From: Nemertoderma westbladi
Lineage: Eukaryota > Animalia > Xenacoelomorpha
Length of the DNA stretch: 64,000 nt
Assembly (NCBI GenBank): GCA_032718475.1
Contig: JAUCBJ010000295.1
Coordinates: forward strand, 1 to 64,000
Direction of reading: 5' to 3'
Both the position numbers and the translations under genes were made by a program. Below are positions 27,028 to 37,066 of this stretch, one piece after another. The notes beneath the pieces are model-generated. The model ran no database searches. It worked only from the letters and a program-made list of their open reading frames with translations, and had not been told where the DNA came from. Positions within the stretch are counted from its first letter, which is position 1, and every line of letters begins with the position of its first letter.

Positions 27028-27572
27028 TGTGACGGGATCCAAGAGGGATCCCGGTTTATCCGGTTTTAGTTCACGCGTCCCCGCCGTGTATAAAGGGTGA
27101 ATGAGTTCGTGCTGTTTGTCGTATATAATATGATATGCAGATATAGATATGGATATAGATATGAGATAATATTGTCGTATACGGAAGGCGGGATACGGTA
27201 ACTAAAGTCCCGGTCCTTCCCTAGCTAAACTATTGTAACCTAATCTAGCACCGGTATTGCACTGAGATAACTGAACTGGTATGATTACTGCCAAGTGGCT
27301 ATATTGCACGGTTGGCCTTGTTACTCTACCTAATCGATGCCTTTCCCCCCTCTGATTGGTTGATACCCTTGTTGGCGCCCTTTGGAGTGTTCCCGTTCAC
27401 TCCACCTATTCTCTCTGGGTTAGGGGTTTGGCCCCTGACCCTCATTGTGTGCTTCTCCTTCCCATTCTTATTGGGATGGCACGAGTTGGTTAATTACCCA
27501 ATCTCGTGGCTCCCAATATTGCTTATCGGCTTATAACTTTATGGCGTGTTAGCAGGATTGAATAAGCTAACA
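27028..27572 (-). repeat. 3' LTR of element 1
   Basis: Near-identical to 40632-41176; preceded on the minus strand by a PPT. Confidence 0.97.
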
Positions 27573-27581
27573 CTCCCCCCC
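27573..27581 (-). promoter_or_regulatory. Polypurine tract of element 1
   Basis: GGGGGGGAG directly 5' of the 3' LTR on the minus strand. Confidence 0.8.
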
Positions 27582-28282
27582 ATGCTATCTTCCCGGTAAG
27601 AAGATAGCATCAACCAAAAAGTGCGCTACAATCCCGCTGGATCCCGATCTAGTATCGGGTGTGGGGTGGAATTCTTTTCTCTCGGAGCCGGCTTTCCAGG
27701 CCGCTCCCTATGGGTATGATAACGCTACCCTGTGTGCCTGGCGTCTCATGTCGGGCCGATCGCGCTCACCTCTCACGCAACTTTTGTTTCCCCAACACTT
27801 CCGCCCTATCTCTTCTTCACTCTCATCCTAACTCTCTCATACACTCGGACCTCCTCGTCCCTCACTCAGCCTCTTATTCTCCCCCCCCCCCACACTAGAA
27901 TTGCGTCCGCACTCTCTCCGCACTTCGCACTAACTACTGTGTCCCTCAACCCTACTCTGACTACCTCATCCCTTCTGACGAATCTCCCCCCCCTCTTGTG
28001 CCGTCGCACTCAAGAAGTGTGAAATCGTCTGGTGTCTCGTCCATAGTGCCATAGTCAGTTATCCCCCAGTCCCAGTAGCTAATTGAGAAAGGTTGTATGA
28101 CTATAGTACTTACTCCCAGCGTATATTCGTAGATTACTAATTACTACATACGTACATACAAATTGCACTTATATGATTATTTGCATTAATTAAATTTGTA
28201 CTTAATAGTTCGTACGTCCCACGCGGCGCCTTCCAGGCGCACCACGTCCAAGTCTCAGTCTCTATCCCTCGACTCTGGGAAC

Positions 28283-30832
28283 CTATCTGTTCCTCTGGGG
28301 ATAGTTCCCCCTGGCGTCCTCTTCCCTGGGCCGTTTCTTGGTTATCACCGTTCCTCTGGCATCATCCGCTTTCTGCTTTCGGACCTTCGCCGCCACTTCC
28401 TTGCTGATCCCGGTCGTTGGCTCCTTGGGCGCTGGTGTTATTAGTGCCCGATATCGCTTCGCCGGTGGCCCCTCAGAGTGGCCCGGTTGTCTCCCTCTGG
28501 TGGCGTCCCATAGGATCATTTTCATTGCCTTTGGTACGTGCTCCGCCAAGAAATCCCTAAACTCCCTTCGGTTCTCTGGCGTCCACCTGTCCAAATACCT
28601 TTGCGTGTTCATCACTCCAGCGTACGACGCCGCCGTTGCTACCTCTTGGTAGGTAAACGGTAGCCTCCGCTTTATGATTTCCATGTGAGTCTATAGATTG
28701 ATAAGGAAGAAACCCCACTTGAACTCCTGGGCCTTCATGCGCTGGCGCGTCATGGCCCCGACGTCGGCCCACTCCTCGAATCTTGTGAACTTCTCCTCGT
28801 CGTTCATCCAGTCGCACTCGCGTCCGTAGTGTCCCCGAAAGTGGCACTTTGGACATCGGTTATGCAACCGTGGACACGCCCCCATCCTGTGGCTTGGTTC
28901 TCTGCAGTAGAGACAAAAGGTTCCCTTTTGGAACCGGTATAGGCAGCTGCTTTCCCGATGGGTCTGTCTCCCACAGTAGTCGCAGCCGAGTACCAATGTC
29001 TCCCGTCCCACCTCGTCTTTCGTCCCAAGCGATCTCCGCGGTCTGTGGAGTCGCTGGTAGGCGAACTTCTCTACGTTGGTCTCTCTATCTACGTCGATCT
29101 CTCCGCCCCTCTCGGGCATCGTCTCCCCGAATACTATCCGTGGTGCCATCCCCGGTTGCTCGCCCAACCTGATGGTGCTCCCCGCGAAATCCATCGCCGG
29201 CTCCTCGTGCACCCAGGTCCGCTTGCCGGATCTGTTCCAGAAGGCCCTCGCCCCACTGGCTGTCACCACCCTTCCGCCAACCCAGTCCGTGTCCGAGTGG
29301 CCTATCCTCTCGATGGGCGGCATCTCTCCGAACTCGTCGTCGTCGTCCTCCTCTTCTGGTAGTGTCTCCAATCCCGGTATCCCGATGGATCCGCTATGTC
29401 CCTTTCCGCCTTGGCTCTCGCCCATAGCTCTCCATCCCTCTAGCTCCCTTAACTTCCTTGGCGGTTGGTCGCCCTCGGCGCCCGCTGGTATGGGCATCGT
29501 TTGCAACCCCGACGTCGACTGTTTCGGCGATCCCACCGTCCATCCCAATTCTCGCCCTAGAGACTCCCCCGAACTCCCTGATGAAGTCCAATGAAGTTCT
29601 TCTAGGCCTGCCTGTTCCTCGAAGCCGTAACTCTGTGTCCTGGCCTCCTCTTCCCTCTCCTCTGCTTCTATCCTCTCCCGTCTAGCGACTTCTTCCAGTC
29701 GCTTTGCTTCTCGTCTATCTGTCTCTAGCTGCTCCCATCTCTGATACGGTGTATCTGTCTCCCCGTCTACCAGATGTCAGCTGTTGTAGTACACCGACTC
29801 GCCCTTCAGCCCCGGGTGGTCTACCAGACCGTCAAAGGCCGTTTTAAAGGCTCTCCTGTAGCTTAGGGGTGATCCCGATAACAGAAATGCCCCTGGTTCC
29901 CTCTCGATAACCACGGTCATGAATAAGTTAAGCAAACTTATCATCATCCAGTCCTCCTGCAGGATATATCGCTTCTGATATACCTTTATCGCTCCCCTGC
30001 GGAACTGATATACCTCCTGCTTTCCCGGTCTCGCTCCCCACTTTAGCGAGTTCGCTAGTTCTGCTCCGTATTCTTCCCTAAACTTCCCCCAATCCATCGG
30101 TTTGTGGCATACGAGCCCCAATAATTGGCCCATCGCCACCGCCCCGCATTGGCCTGTGTTTTCGACTACCCCCAACCCATCCGGTGCCGTCATAGCCATA
30201 AAGACTTTCTGCATATCCAGGAGGTTGGTGGCGTCCGGACCGATGATCCTCTCCGCGTCCTCACGAATCGCCGATCCCACTTTCGTCGTCGACTTCTCTC
30301 TTACTAAGACTTGTACCGCTTTCGGCAACCGGTTTAATTTTGGCCCGTCCTTCTTCCCATACGTCCCTAGGTCGAATAAGAAGATGTCCCCATTTGGCGC
30401 GGCCAAATGTAGGAGTATGGTCCTGGCCGACCCCGCCGTTCCTCGTCTCGAACCCGCCTCGTCTTCCACGGTTCCCTCGTCGTCTAGGATCATATATCCT
30501 CCTCTGTTGACGGACTCTATGAATCTGTTCCAGTCCTTCCTCGGTGATTCCCTCGGGTACTTCGGAATCCCGAACTTCGCCTCGTCCCCTTTCACCACGT
30601 AGTGGAAGTGTTGGAAGATCGCGTTGTCCAGCGACGGCGTCCCGTAGGTCCCGACCAGCCGCTGTTCGTGCATCTCCCTGAAGTGATCCTGCAGCGCTCG
30701 CGCCGCGTGACCCCTTTCCAACCTCTCGTAGTATCCTCTCGTCTTCTCTTCCGGATGCCTCTCGGTGAAATCCACCAGTATCTCCTTTCCTCCTGACTCC
30801 GCTTTTCTCTTTCTGATCAACTTGCTCGCCAT
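28283..30832 (-). pseudogene. Accessory ORF of element 1: DEDD 3'-5' exonuclease, coiled coil, acidic linker and three CCHC knuckles; one 850-codon frame with two internal stops
   Basis: ORFs 29777-30832, 28691-29548 and 28283-28684 share one frame, separated only by TGA (29777-29779) and TAG (28691-28693); ILDDEG, LHLA..IFLFDL, LPKAV..KVGSAIRED, LLDMQ motifs; three Cx2Cx4Hx4C. Confidence 0.8.
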
Positions 30833-31319
30833 TCCGAACGTTCACTCGCTCACCTGCAAGGTGGTGCCTTACCAAGGCGCAATACAGATGAGTGATGTAT
30901 CTAAGATGTTCTGTACGGTTCGATAATGGCCTATTTCCTACTTAACTGCGCCTTTTAACCTAAATTATCACTAATTAATTTTGAAGCTAGTAAATGAGCG
31001 TAATTTAAAATTTCTGTCCGTTACTTTTATTATGTTCTAGAATAACTTCCCTTGTGTTGCCACTATTTTGTAACTTTCAGCCCTATTCTATTTATTTATC
31101 TATTTAATTTGATTCTACTGTCCTACTACTTACTACTGCCTATGGATTATTCTATTCTCTAATCCACATTCTGGCCTACTCTGTATTCTGGCCTATGCAG
31201 TACAGCAGTATGCGTCGTGTGGCCACACGACTTACCCAGCTGTACTCATATGCCCCCCTCTCTCTACTAACTGCTAACTAATATCTATATCTATATCCCC
31301 TTTTACCTCTTACTCTCTC

Positions 31320-31838
31320 TCTTCTAACTAACGGTACTACGTACCCTCTAACTCTAATTCTCTCTAACTAACGGTACTACGTACCCTCTAACTCTCTAAC
31401 TAACTAGCGGTACTTATGTACCCTCTAACTCTCTAACTAACTAGCGGTACTTACGTACCCTCTAACTCTCTAACTAACTAGCGGTACTTACGTACCCTCT
31501 AACTCTCTAACTAACTATCGGTACTTACGTACCCTCTAACTCTCTAACTAACTATCGGTACTTACGTACCCTCTAACTCTCTAACTAACTATCGGTACTT
31601 ACGTACCCTCTAACTCTCTAACTAACTATCGGTACTACGTACCCTCTAACTCTCTAACTAACTAGCGGTACTTACGTACCCTCTAGCTCTCTAACTAACT
31701 AGCGGTACTTATGTACCCTCTAACTCTCTAACTAACTATCGGTACTTACGTACCCTCTAACTCTCTAACTAACTATCGGTACTTACGTACCCTCTAACTC
31801 TCTAACTAACTATCGGTATTACGTACCCTCTAACTAAC
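31320..31838. repeat. 37-bp tandem array (~14 copies) between pol and the accessory ORF
   Basis: Unit CCTCTAACTCTCTAACTAACTA(G/T)CGGTACTTACGTAC. Confidence 0.95.
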
Positions 31839-31980
31839 TTCTGCCTACTAACTGCGTACCTACCATGTACTATTATTTTTATTTATTTTATTTTTATTTT
31901 GTTTGTGGGAAGGGCGTCTCGCCCTCAATCCCACCCCCCTCAGTCCAAAACTTGGACGACTAAACTTTTCTCTAACTCTA

Positions 31981-33963
31981 CTAAGGTGCCCCTTCTAACA
32001 GACAGCATTTGCCTACAGCTCTCCTGTAGGTTTTTCTGTCCTTCGCACCTATCTTTCCACCTATCCGTACTTCTACCGATCGGACTCTTCCGTCCTCGTC
32101 GGAGTAGGTGCCTAGTACTCTCGCCAACCGCCATCGGTTGTTGATGATAGTATCATCCGTAACGATTACGAGATCTCCCTCTCTTAACTCCCTGTTTGAT
32201 TTCCTCCACTTGCTTCGTTTATGGAGTGTGGGTAGGTATTCCTCGACCCACCTCCTCCAATACTCTGCGCTTATTGCTTTAGCGACTTTCCAACTTTGGC
32301 GGGAGTGTATGTCATCTGGGTCTACACCCCGCATATCGATGGTCGCTGGCCTTTCCATCAGGAAATGGCTAGGTGTCAGCACGTCTAATGACTCAGGGTC
32401 ATCATTCTCCGGATATAGCGGTCTGCTATTAATGATCCCCTCGCACTTCGCAAGTACTGTCCGTAAGACGTCCTCAGTGACCATGTGGGTGTTCATTAGC
32501 TTCGTCATTAGACGCTTTGAACTGCCCACCAGTCTCTCGACGCATCCTAGTGTATGTGGTGCATACGGCGTCCTTCTCTCCCACTTTACTTGTCGTCGTC
32601 TCATGGCTGCCCTGACTTCTTCCCCCTCCAAGATGTCCAAGGCCTCTGCCATCTCACTCTCTGCGCCCACAAAGTTGGTGCCGTTGTCGCTGTATATCAC
32701 TGCGATCGTTCCACCTTTGCAGTCCCTAAACCTTTCTAAGGCGTTAATGAACGCTGATGCGGTTGCATCTTGGGCGAGTTCTATCCCTACCGCCCGCGTA
32801 TTGTTGCATACGAAGATAATGCCGTAGCGTTTCTCCGTGTGTCGCATCACTTTGATCTTTATCGGCCCGAACATGTCCACACCGCAATGCGTAAATGGCG
32901 GGTCGTGCTGTCTTACCCTACTCGCCGGTAGTGGCGCCATCTCCTGTACGGCTCGCTCCTTCTTCGCTCGTCGGCAGGTCTGGCACTGCCCCACTACCGC
33001 TTTTACCTTCTTCCTCAGTTGTTTGACCCAATAGGTCCTCCTTATCTCTGTGAGGGTTCGGTTGGTGCCCCCATGCAATATCGATTTGTGGGAGTCCCAT
33101 ATAATCTGGTGGACTTTTGGCGATCCTGTAGGAATGATGATGGGTTTCGGTGGTACGACTATGCTGTTGTTGTATCCCACCCTAGAATTCATTACTAGAA
33201 TCCCGTCGTCGTTGAGTTGTGGCGACAGCGTAATCAGCTCGCTGTCCCGTCGGAGGTGCTGTTGGTTACCGACGCGTTCCACCTCGTCGCCATAGTTCCT
33301 CCGTTGTTCATAGCGGATCACTGCCTTGGCCGCTCCTTCCAGTTCTATGGTTGTCCTGATCTTCTTGTCCTTGCCAACTCCCGCAAGGAAATTCCCGAAG
33401 GCTCTCCAGTACGCCACTAATTTCTTGGTCTTATACCAACTAGAACTGTAGCTGAGGAGTTTATCCGTCGGGTTATCGCACAGTTCCCGTCCTGGTTGCA
33501 CGTCCCTAATCTCCCTCACCATCTGGGAGTATATCTCTTCTCCCTCTGAATCTCCCTCTTCTCCTTCTGATACTACTTCCGAGCCCGGGTCCACCTTCCT
33601 CATCGGCGGCCAGGCCTCCTTATCGCTCAGAAATTGTGGCCCATGTTGCCACAATACTTCCTTCTTCAAGAAAGTGTGGCGTTCCACGCCCCTCGACAGC
33701 AAGTCCGCTGGGTTCTCGTCTGTTGGGCAGTAGTGCCACCTTTCCAGTTCTGTACTCGCCCTTATTTCGTCCACTCTATTCGCGACGAATATCGGGTATC
33801 TCGTCCTTTCGTTGTGTAGCCAATCAAGCACTACCATGGAGTCCGTCCAGTAGTGTGTCTCCACTATGTTGGGAATAGTATCCACTAGGTAGGCTGTGGC
33901 TCTTACTCCTAGTCTCGCGGCTGTCAATTCTAACTTAGGAACTGATGCTGAATCTGGTGGCAT
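31981..33963 (-). CDS. Bel/Pao pol C-terminal part: RNase H end and integrase (frameshifted from the upstream ORF)
   Basis: PKLEL, WTDS, FVANRV, NPADLLSRG, HHCC, GVDMFGP, SDNGTNF, VERLV, LTPSHFL, W..EYLPTL. Confidence 0.95.
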   Translation of the reverse strand: MPPDSASVPKLELTAARLGVRATAYLVDTIPNIVETHYWTDSMVVLDWLHNERTRYPIFVANRVDEIRASTELERWHYCPTDENPADLLSRGVERHTFLKKEVLWQHGPQFLSDKEAWPPMRKVDPGSEVVSEGEEGDSEGEEIYSQMVREIRDVQPGRELCDNPTDKLLSYSSSWYKTKKLVAYWRAFGNFLAGVGKDKKIRTTIELEGAAKAVIRYEQRRNYGDEVERVGNQQHLRRDSELITLSPQLNDDGILVMNSRVGYNNSIVVPPKPIIIPTGSPKVHQIIWDSHKSILHGGTNRTLTEIRRTYWVKQLRKKVKAVVGQCQTCRRAKKERAVQEMAPLPASRVRQHDPPFTHCGVDMFGPIKIKVMRHTEKRYGIIFVCNNTRAVGIELAQDATASAFINALERFRDCKGGTIAVIYSDNGTNFVGAESEMAEALDILEGEEVRAAMRRRQVKWERRTPYAPHTLGCVERLVGSSKRLMTKLMNTHMVTEDVLRTVLAKCEGIINSRPLYPENDDPESLDVLTPSHFLMERPATIDMRGVDPDDIHSRQSWKVAKAISAEYWRRWVEEYLPTLHKRSKWRKSNRELREGDLVIVTDDTIINNRWRLARVLGTYSDEDGRVRSVEVRIGGKIGAKDRKTYRRAVGKCCLLEGAP

Positions 33964-36900
33964 TGACCTGGTTTGCTTTACTAAAGGCTAGTCTTGGCTT
34001 ATGAGCCCCCTCTCGTTGTACTAAGTATAGTGCCGCTCCGTACGCTTCCAACGACGCGTCGGAGAACATGTGTAGGTCCAGATTCGTCATGTTCCCATCC
34101 GGGAAATACACTCGTGGCATGTTGTATGTTCCCATCTCCTCCAAGTCTCCTGTCCACTTGCTCCACTGTTTCTTGATTTCCTCTGGTACCTCTACGTCCC
34201 ACTCATCCTTCAGTTTGTATACTCTCTTGAGTATCTGTTTCCCCGTGACTAATAATGGGGATGCTAGGCCTAGGGGATCGTATATCCTTGCTATATACGA
34301 TACATAGCCCCTCTTCGTGTGGATGTCTGCGCCCTCCTTGCTCAGCTGATACTTCAGTTCGTCTGTCTCTCTATCCCACACGATTCCCAATGCCTTCTGT
34401 TGAGATTCTGTTCTCTTAGTCGCCATGTCCTGCCCTTTGGCTGTTGTGGGATTGTCCATGGTCGATTCTGGTCTCCTGTCCTCTATCGCCTTAATAAATT
34501 CTTCCGAACTGGATTGGAATTTGGTCAGGTTAAACCCGGATCCTTTCAGGATGTCGCGAACCTCGCGCCCTGTGTCCAGTATCTCCTTAACCGTATTTCC
34601 AGACTCCATTCCGTCGTCTACGTAGAAGCCGCGTCGAATCATATCGACGGCCCTACTGCTGTATCTATCTTCCTTCCCCTTTACTGTGTCTCTCACTGCC
34701 ATAGTCGTCGTAAATGAAGACGACTTGGCCCCCATGTTCTGTACTACCATCTTATATGCCGGTATTATCGACGGTTCTTCCTCGCCGTTATACCATAAGA
34801 AGCATTGACTGTCGCTATCTTCCTCCGTTACACGGACTTGGTTGAACATGCCTTCTATGTCACACGTGAAGGTGTGTTTCCCGTTTCTAAATCTAAGTAA
34901 CACCTCTATGCCCGAATTGTATATGTTTGGGCCTTCCAACAGGTAGTCGTTTAAGCATTTTCCGTCGGTCTTTGCCGATGCGTCGACTACCATCCGTAGT
35001 TTACCTTTCTTTGGATCTAAAGCCACGTGTAGTGGCAGGTAATATGTCCTGTCCGTGTTCGGCTCGTCGACCAGTAACTCCACGGCCCATCCTTTCTCGA
35101 CGTACTTCTTAATCGTCCTGTGGATGTACTCATTCTTCTCGGGGCTCCGTTTTAGTGTTTGTTTCAGCTTGCGGAGTCTCGTGAGTACCATACCCCTATT
35201 GTCGGGCAGCGGTATCTTCGGTAGTTTCCATACCATTCCTATAGTATACCGCCCCTCATCGCATGTCATCGATTCCTCCACGCTTTGTAAAGCCTGCTTG
35301 TCTTCCACCGAGGTCCCGACCCCGGTTTCTTTCAATCCCTCGAAATCCTGTCTGAGCAGTCTTTTAAGCTGCTCCTCTGCTCCCTCGTCACCCATTTCCT
35401 GCATTGTTCCCGCGAACATGCATCCTGATGTCTCCGACATCCTAAATGGTATCTTGCTCTTAATTGGACCACTCAGCGTCCACCCGAATGGTGTTAATAT
35501 GGCCACCGGGTCACTCTGCTTGTCTCCGCCGAAGACCATTTGCATTCTTTCGTGGGCCGTTGGGCAGTCCATGCCTACTATGATGGACACCTTCCTAACG
35601 TCCACATCTGGGATTGAGAAGTCAATGTCGTCCAGGAATTTATACTGCTCGACCTCGATGTTGGTTGGTCGCCTGGCATTAATATTAATTGACTCTATCA
35701 CTTGGATGGGGTCGATGGTTGCCCCATAGTCGCATCCTGGTGCCACTGCTGCAATTGCGCACCGTCCTGTTCTCATCTCTAGGATCTCATCTTTGCTAGA
35801 GATGGTTGTTACCGCTATCCTGCTTGGCCTCGTTCTCAATCCTATCTCTTCGGCCACCCATTCCTCGACTAATGTGAAGGCAGCTCCACTATCAACCAGC
35901 ATTAGTGTTGTTACTGATCGATTTCCTTCCCCGATCACTCGCACTGGCACTACTCCAAGTAACACCATTCCCCTCTTCTTCGCCCCTACTGTGCTCGTCG
36001 CCATCGTTTGGCCTCTCCTCTGACCAAATTTTATCGGCTTCTCCTTGCACTCCCTTGCTCTATGTCCACTCATTATACATCGCGAGCAGATTTTATTGCT
36101 GAACGCATAATCTATCTGATCTTGCCTAGGTAGCGCCTGCCAGTACCTGCAGTTCATGGTTTGATGAAGCGCATTTGCGTGTAGCTGGCATTTGCTCTTT
36201 GGGTCGTAGCCCTCTTTATACAGTGCATTGCGTATCGCAGTTGCGTTTGTACCAATGTCCCTACTATTCTTATTGTTTGGATTTAGCCTACTGGACGTAC
36301 TGGGGTTATGTTTATTCGTGTTATTATTGTTTCCCTGTCTGTTCCATGGTGTTGTCTTATCCTCGGCTAGCTGTGGACTTGCAGTCCCCTGCGTCGCTGC
36401 ATATGGCAATGATTGCCTGAGTCTCGGTAATGCGTTTGATGTGTTGTGCTCTGGTTTCGGTCTATGGTAGTCTGTCTTCGGTCCCTTTCCCAGGCTATCT
36501 TCGCTATAGACTGGGTCAGTTATTAGTTCAGCCTCGTAGTTTAAGAAGTTTGACATTTCTTCTAAACCTGGTTCCGCACCCTTCTTATCTCGAGTGGAGA
36601 AGGCAATTTTTCTCCACTTGTTTCGCAGCCAGTTTGGTAGTGCCTGCGCTATCGTGGTGATGTTGTTGGATGCATTGAGCTCGTACGGCGCATCTAGCGC
36701 CTTCAGCACGATTAGCACCTTTTCGACTTTGTTAGCGAACGTCTTAATGCTAACGGGATTATCCTGTAGGCCACCCGATGTTATGCCTCTCAGCGTCTGC
36801 CTGATGATCTTGGCCGGGTGCCCGTATTCCCTATCCAGTGCCCGCCATGCTGTCGTGAAGCCGCCCTCTATTCCTTGATATTGCCTCACGATATCGTATG

Positions 36901-37066
36901 CTGGGCCTCCCGTGTACACTTGCAGATACTTTAGGCACTCCGCCTGCGTCAAGTTTTTTGTTAGTATTTCGTTACTATACATGCGCCGAAACTGTAGATA
37001 TTCTTCCGGCCTGCTCCCATCGAATTTGAATGGTTCCACGGGTGGTAGCTCGATCCTCGTTTTCAA
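33935..37066 (-). CDS. Bel/Pao gag core, protease, RT and RNase H start
   Basis: FDG..EYLQF gag motif, CSRCIMSGHRAREC knuckle, LVDSGA, YYLPLH, DIEGMFNQV, FYVDD, YDPLG, FSDAS. Confidence 0.95.
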   Translation of the reverse strand: MKTRIELPPVEPFKFDGSRPEEYLQFRRMYSNEILTKNLTQAECLKYLQVYTGGPAYDIVRQYQGIEGGFTTAWRALDREYGHPAKIIRQTLRGITSGGLQDNPVSIKTFANKVEKVLIVLKALDAPYELNASNNITTIAQALPNWLRNKWRKIAFSTRDKKGAEPGLEEMSNFLNYEAELITDPVYSEDSLGKGPKTDYHRPKPEHNTSNALPRLRQSLPYAATQGTASPQLAEDKTTPWNRQGNNNNTNKHNPSTSSRLNPNNKNSRDIGTNATAIRNALYKEGYDPKSKCQLHANALHQTMNCRYWQALPRQDQIDYAFSNKICSRCIMSGHRARECKEKPIKFGQRRGQTMATSTVGAKKRGMVLLGVVPVRVIGEGNRSVTTLMLVDSGAAFTLVEEWVAEEIGLRTRPSRIAVTTISSKDEILEMRTGRCAIAAVAPGCDYGATIDPIQVIESININARRPTNIEVEQYKFLDDIDFSIPDVDVRKVSIIVGMDCPTAHERMQMVFGGDKQSDPVAILTPFGWTLSGPIKSKIPFRMSETSGCMFAGTMQEMGDEGAEEQLKRLLRQDFEGLKETGVGTSVEDKQALQSVEESMTCDEGRYTIGMVWKLPKIPLPDNRGMVLTRLRKLKQTLKRSPEKNEYIHRTIKKYVEKGWAVELLVDEPNTDRTYYLPLHVALDPKKGKLRMVVDASAKTDGKCLNDYLLEGPNIYNSGIEVLLRFRNGKHTFTCDIEGMFNQVRVTEEDSDSQCFLWYNGEEEPSIIPAYKMVVQNMGAKSSSFTTTMAVRDTVKGKEDRYSSRAVDMIRRGFYVDDGMESGNTVKEILDTGREVRDILKGSGFNLTKFQSSSEEFIKAIEDRRPESTMDNPTTAKGQDMATKRTESQQKALGIVWDRETDELKYQLSKEGADIHTKRGYVSYIARIYDPLGLASPLLVTGKQILKRVYKLKDEWDVEVPEEIKKQWSKWTGDLEEMGTYNMPRVYFPDGNMTNLDLHMFSDASLEAYGAALYLVQREGAHKPRLAFSKANQVNATRFSISS

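Noticed and set aside
29777-29779. Programmed readthrough or an alternative genetic code
   Set aside because: Stops are of mixed type (TGA, TAG), each one substitution from a sense codon; host genes use standard stops; the element has other lesions
28283-30832. env gene in element 1
   Set aside because: No signal peptide, transmembrane anchor or fusion-protein pattern; motifs are nuclease and zinc knuckle
31320-31838. CRISPR-like appearance of the 37-, 38- and 52-bp arrays
   Set aside because: Head-to-tail repeats without unique spacers, no cas genes, eukaryotic context
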